Assembly (NCBI GenBank): GCA_044449585.1
Contig: JBIOID010000001.1
Span: 1 to 26,391 of the forward strand
From: Candidatus Limnocylindrales bacterium
Lineage (GTDB): Bacteria; Chloroflexota; Limnocylindria; Limnocylindrales; CSP1-4
Reading direction: 5' to 3'
DNA: 26,391 nt
The notes below the pieces were generated by a model. It was not told the origin of the DNA. It saw nothing but the letters and a program-made list of their open reading frames with translations, and made no database searches. Shown here in pieces: positions 24,132 through 26,391 of this stretch (within the stretch, counting starts at the first letter, position 1; each line of letters starts with the position of its first letter). A program made the translations under genes and the position numbers.

Positions 24132-24758
24132 TCACGGCCGCGTGAGGAGATCGCGCAGCTGCCGATGAGCTCGGCGCGTCCTGGTCTTGACCGTGCCCAG
24201 GGGCCACCCGAGGCGCGTCGCGATCTCCGACTGTGAGAGCCCCTCTCCGTAGGCCAGCTGGACGACCTGTCGCTCCGGCAGACCCAGGTGCGCGAGCCCG
24301 GCCGTGATGGACGCGCGCGCCTCCTGGCGCAGCAGGGTGGCCTCGGGTCCGGCCTCGGGCTGGGCCGCGCCGACCAGCTCGCCCGTCTCCTCGAGCCGTT
24401 CCGCGATCGCGTCGCTCTCTGTCTCGTCACCGCCGAACCATGAGAAAGGTGTGGTGCGCACGCGCCGCGTGGCGCGCAGATGGTCGATGGCGCGGTTGCG
24501 AGCGATGGTGGTCAGCCACGTGCGCAACGACCCCCGCGACTCGTCGAACCGCTCGGCCCGGTCCCACAGCGTCAAGAATGTATCTTGCAGCACTTCGGTG
24601 GCGAGCGAGCGATCGCCGCACGTGCGCAGGGCCGTCGTGAAGACCGCCGAGCTGTGTCGATCGTACAGGGCCGCGAGGGCCTCCTCGGACCCCTCGATCA
24701 TGTGGCGGATGAGGTGCGTGTCGGGGGCCGCCCCGAGCGACGCGCCGTCGGTGTCCAT
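24132..24758 (-). CDS. ECF RNA polymerase sigma factor (SigK-like), 208 aa
   Basis: Region 2: ALAALYDRH...EVLQDTFL.LW...F...RGSLRTWL..IARNRAID. Region 4: YGEGLSQSEIA.RLG.PLGTVKTR. RBS GGGAG before ATG 24758. Confidence 0.93.
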   Translation of the reverse strand: MDTDGASLGAAPDTHLIRHMIEGSEEALAALYDRHSSAVFTTALRTCGDRSLATEVLQDTFLTLWDRAERFDESRGSLRTWLTTIARNRAIDHLRATRRVRTTPFSWFGGDETESDAIAERLEETGELVGAAQPEAGPEATLLRQEARASITAGLAHLGLPERQVVQLAYGEGLSQSEIATRLGWPLGTVKTRTRRAHRQLRDLLTRP

Positions 24759-24789
24759 CTCCCGTCTCCCGCGGTGTTTCTGGAGTAAG

Positions 24790-24833
24790 TAACTCGCGAG
24801 ATAGATACTATCATGAAACAAGTGCAGTACAAT
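24790..24833. promoter_or_regulatory. Overlapping divergent promoters and palindromic operator candidates between the sigma and MarR genes
   Basis: AT-rich island. Minus strand: TTGTAC-N16-TAGTAT with extended TGn. Plus strand: TACAAT at 24828-24833, 6 nt before ATG 24840. Palindromes TAACTCGCGAGATA (24790-24803, one mismatch) and GATAG-ATA-CTATC (24800-24812). Confidence 0.6.
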
Positions 24834-24839
24834 ACCGAG

Positions 24840-25337
24840 ATGACCGATGACTTCACGGATCGCCTGCTCGTCCGCTGGGATGCGGCCCGCCCCGATATCG
24901 GGGTCGGGGCACTCCAGGTGACCGCCCGACTGGCCCGGCTCGGGCCGCACCTCGCACGACGGCAGGAAGCCGTCTTCAGCCGTTTCGGGTTGAGCCGGGG
25001 GGAAGTCGGGCTGCTGAGCGCACTGCGTACCGCCGGTCCACCCCACCGCCTTTCGCCGACACGACTCGGCCATGGGCTGATGCTGTCGTCGGCGGGTGTG
25101 ACCAGCCGCCTGGACCGCCTCGAGCGCCGGGGATTCGTCCGCCGGCTGCCGGACCCCGACGATCGTCGGGGGGTGATCGTGGAGTTGACCGACGAAGGGC
25201 TCGAGGTCGTGGACGCGGCTGTCGCCGCCAACACGACCAGCGATCGTCAGCTCCTCGAGCGGCTAGACCCCCAAGAGATCGAGACCCTGGAGGTCCTCCT
25301 GCGCAAGGTCCTGGCCGGCCTGGAGCTGCCGGAATGA
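24840..25337 (+). CDS. MarR-family transcriptional regulator with a TamR/PecS-like N-terminal helix, 165 aa
   Basis: DFTDRLLVRWDAARPD, LSPTRL, SSAGVTSRLDRLERRGFVRRLPDPDDRRGVIVELT. I prefer the start at 24840 (leaderless) over 24813, which lies inside the promoter. Confidence 0.92.
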   Translation: MTDDFTDRLLVRWDAARPDIGVGALQVTARLARLGPHLARRQEAVFSRFGLSRGEVGLLSALRTAGPPHRLSPTRLGHGLMLSSAGVTSRLDRLERRGFVRRLPDPDDRRGVIVELTDEGLEVVDAAVAANTTSDRQLLERLDPQEIETLEVLLRKVLAGLELPE

Positions 25338-25445
25338 CGTAGCGGGCGCCGGAGCACGCGGCGGGCCGTCCTTCGGGCGGTAGACTTGGGCCCGAGGGAG
25401 TGGCGCGGGTGCGCCCGAGTGGGATCGCATGGAGGGTAGCCGACG

Positions 25446-26105
25446 GTGGACACGAAGAAGTTGCTGGCCGAGCTCATCGGCACGTTCACATTCTTCCTGA
25501 TCGGGTTCATGGCCATCCTGTCGGAGAAGGCGTTCTCGTCGGCCGGCGACCTGGTGGTCATCGCCTTCGGATTCGGGCTCGGGCTCTTCGCGGCCATCCA
25601 GATCTTCGGCGCGGTGTCGGGCGGCCACTTCAACCCGGCCGTCACGGTCGCCGCGGTGCTGGACAAGCGGCTCGACCCGATGACGGGCGTCGGCTATGTC
25701 GCCTCCCAGCTGATCGGCGGCCTCGCGGCGGCGGTCGTCGTCCTCTTCCTCTTCAACCAGGCCGCCGTCGCGAGCACGACGACCCTGCCCGGCAACGGGA
25801 TCGACGATCTGAAGGCCGTGGTCATCGAGTCCATCTTCACGGCCATCTTCATCCTGGTCATCCTCGTCTCGACCAAGAAGGCGGCGAACGTTGCGGGCTT
25901 TGCGATCCCGCTGACGCTCATGGTCATCCACTTCGCGATCGTGCCGTTCACCGGCTCGTCGGTGAACCCCGCCCGCTCGATCGCGTCCGCCCTCATCGGC
26001 GGCGACCTGACCTCACTGTGGGTGTACATCGTGGGGCCGATCATCGGCGCGGTCGTCGGCTGGGCGGTCTACCGCTTCGCGACCGGGGCAGCCGAGCCCG
26101 CCTGA
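25446..26105 (+). CDS. aqpZ: MIP-family aquaporin (AqpZ-like), 219 aa
   Basis: SGGHFNPAVT and SSVNPARS NPA boxes, six TM helices. The inferred ar/R filter F-H-S-R indicates a water-type channel. Confidence 0.9.
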   Translation: MDTKKLLAELIGTFTFFLIGFMAILSEKAFSSAGDLVVIAFGFGLGLFAAIQIFGAVSGGHFNPAVTVAAVLDKRLDPMTGVGYVASQLIGGLAAAVVVLFLFNQAAVASTTTLPGNGIDDLKAVVIESIFTAIFILVILVSTKKAANVAGFAIPLTLMVIHFAIVPFTGSSVNPARSIASALIGGDLTSLWVYIVGPIIGAVVGWAVYRFATGAAEPA

Positions 26106-26244
26106 CGGCCGCCGCCTCACCCGGATGGTGGGACCCGAAAGCAGGCCGCGACTGGCTACGCTGGTGGGCGCAGTCCGGGCATGAGGCGCCCCAAGCTCGC
26201 GCCTCCAGGGAGCGCACGTCCGCTCAGCGAGGGAGTCGAACACG

Positions 26245-26391
26245 ATGGAGAGCATGATGAAACGGCCGGCTGGGATCACCATCATCGCGGTCCTGTCGCT
26301 GGCTGCCGGGATCATCTACCTGTTCCAGGGTGTACGGATCCTGGGCTGGGTCGTCTTCGGCCCCGCCACGGCCTTCAGCAACGTCTCGCTC
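26245..26391 (+). CDS. 5' part of a membrane protein running off the right edge (MESMMKRPAGITIIAVLSLAAG...)
   Basis: GGGAG RBS, ATG at 26245 and an open hydrophobic frame to the window end. RPxG(I/V) N-terminal motif as in the 6710 ORF. Confidence 0.7.
   Translation, partial: MESMMKRPAGITIIAVLSLAAGIIYLFQGVRILGWVVFGPATAFSNVSL

Noticed and set aside
24813-24839. MarR N-terminal extension MKQVQYNTE from the ORF track
   Set aside because: It lies within the AT-rich promoter island. A -10 hexamer 6 nt before ATG 24840 favours the shorter leaderless start.
26120-26172. Fluoride (crcB) riboswitch-like words GATGG...CCGC...GCTGGTG
   Set aside because: The P1 and pseudoknot pairings required by the fluoride riboswitch do not form, and no crcB/eriC gene is visible in the window.
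1-26391. CRISPR arrays, IS/transposase or integrase genes, tRNA/rRNA, FMN riboswitch
   Set aside because: By inspection I found no regularly spaced repeats, no DDE or tyrosine recombinase motifs, and no RNA-gene or RFN consensus. A covariance-model scan would be needed to exclude them formally.

Overview
This is high-GC (roughly 70% by eye) bacterial chromosomal DNA. Its style suggests Actinomycetota or Chloroflexota, which is an inference only. It holds about 30 genes, and I saw no rRNA, tRNA, CRISPR array or mobile element. The left third (1-9.6 kb) is a mixed accessory region: a zinc-ribbon/class III cyclase/STAND-ATPase/TPR protein, SnoaL, GAF, PPOX-like, lipoprotein, DUF389 and cupin genes, plus a decayed Vps62/NPP1-like gene. 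The core (9.7-24.8 kb) is two convergent, non-identical redox modules, each with its own OmpR-family two-component system. Module A (+ strand): RR-HK, beta-propeller, ApbE flavin transferase, di-heme ferric-reductase/MsrQ-like membrane cytochrome, stand-alone NuoF-like flavoprotein, 3Fe-type ferredoxin, and a small single-TM disordered protein ending in ...ITSGGS. Module B (- strand): ECF sigma, NDH-2-like oxidoreductase, two small single-TM Pro/Ser/Thr-rich proteins, ApbE, di-heme cytochrome, 7Fe ferredoxin, FNR-like reductase, RR-HK. I recognise no FMN_bind (PF04205) substrate domain in the window, and both ApbEs lack signal peptides. The leading hypothesis is that the small disordered membrane tethers are minimal, non-canonical flavinylation substrates in a transmembrane electron-transfer system. 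The right end carries a MarR regulator divergent from the sigma gene, an AqpZ-like aquaporin and a partial membrane protein.
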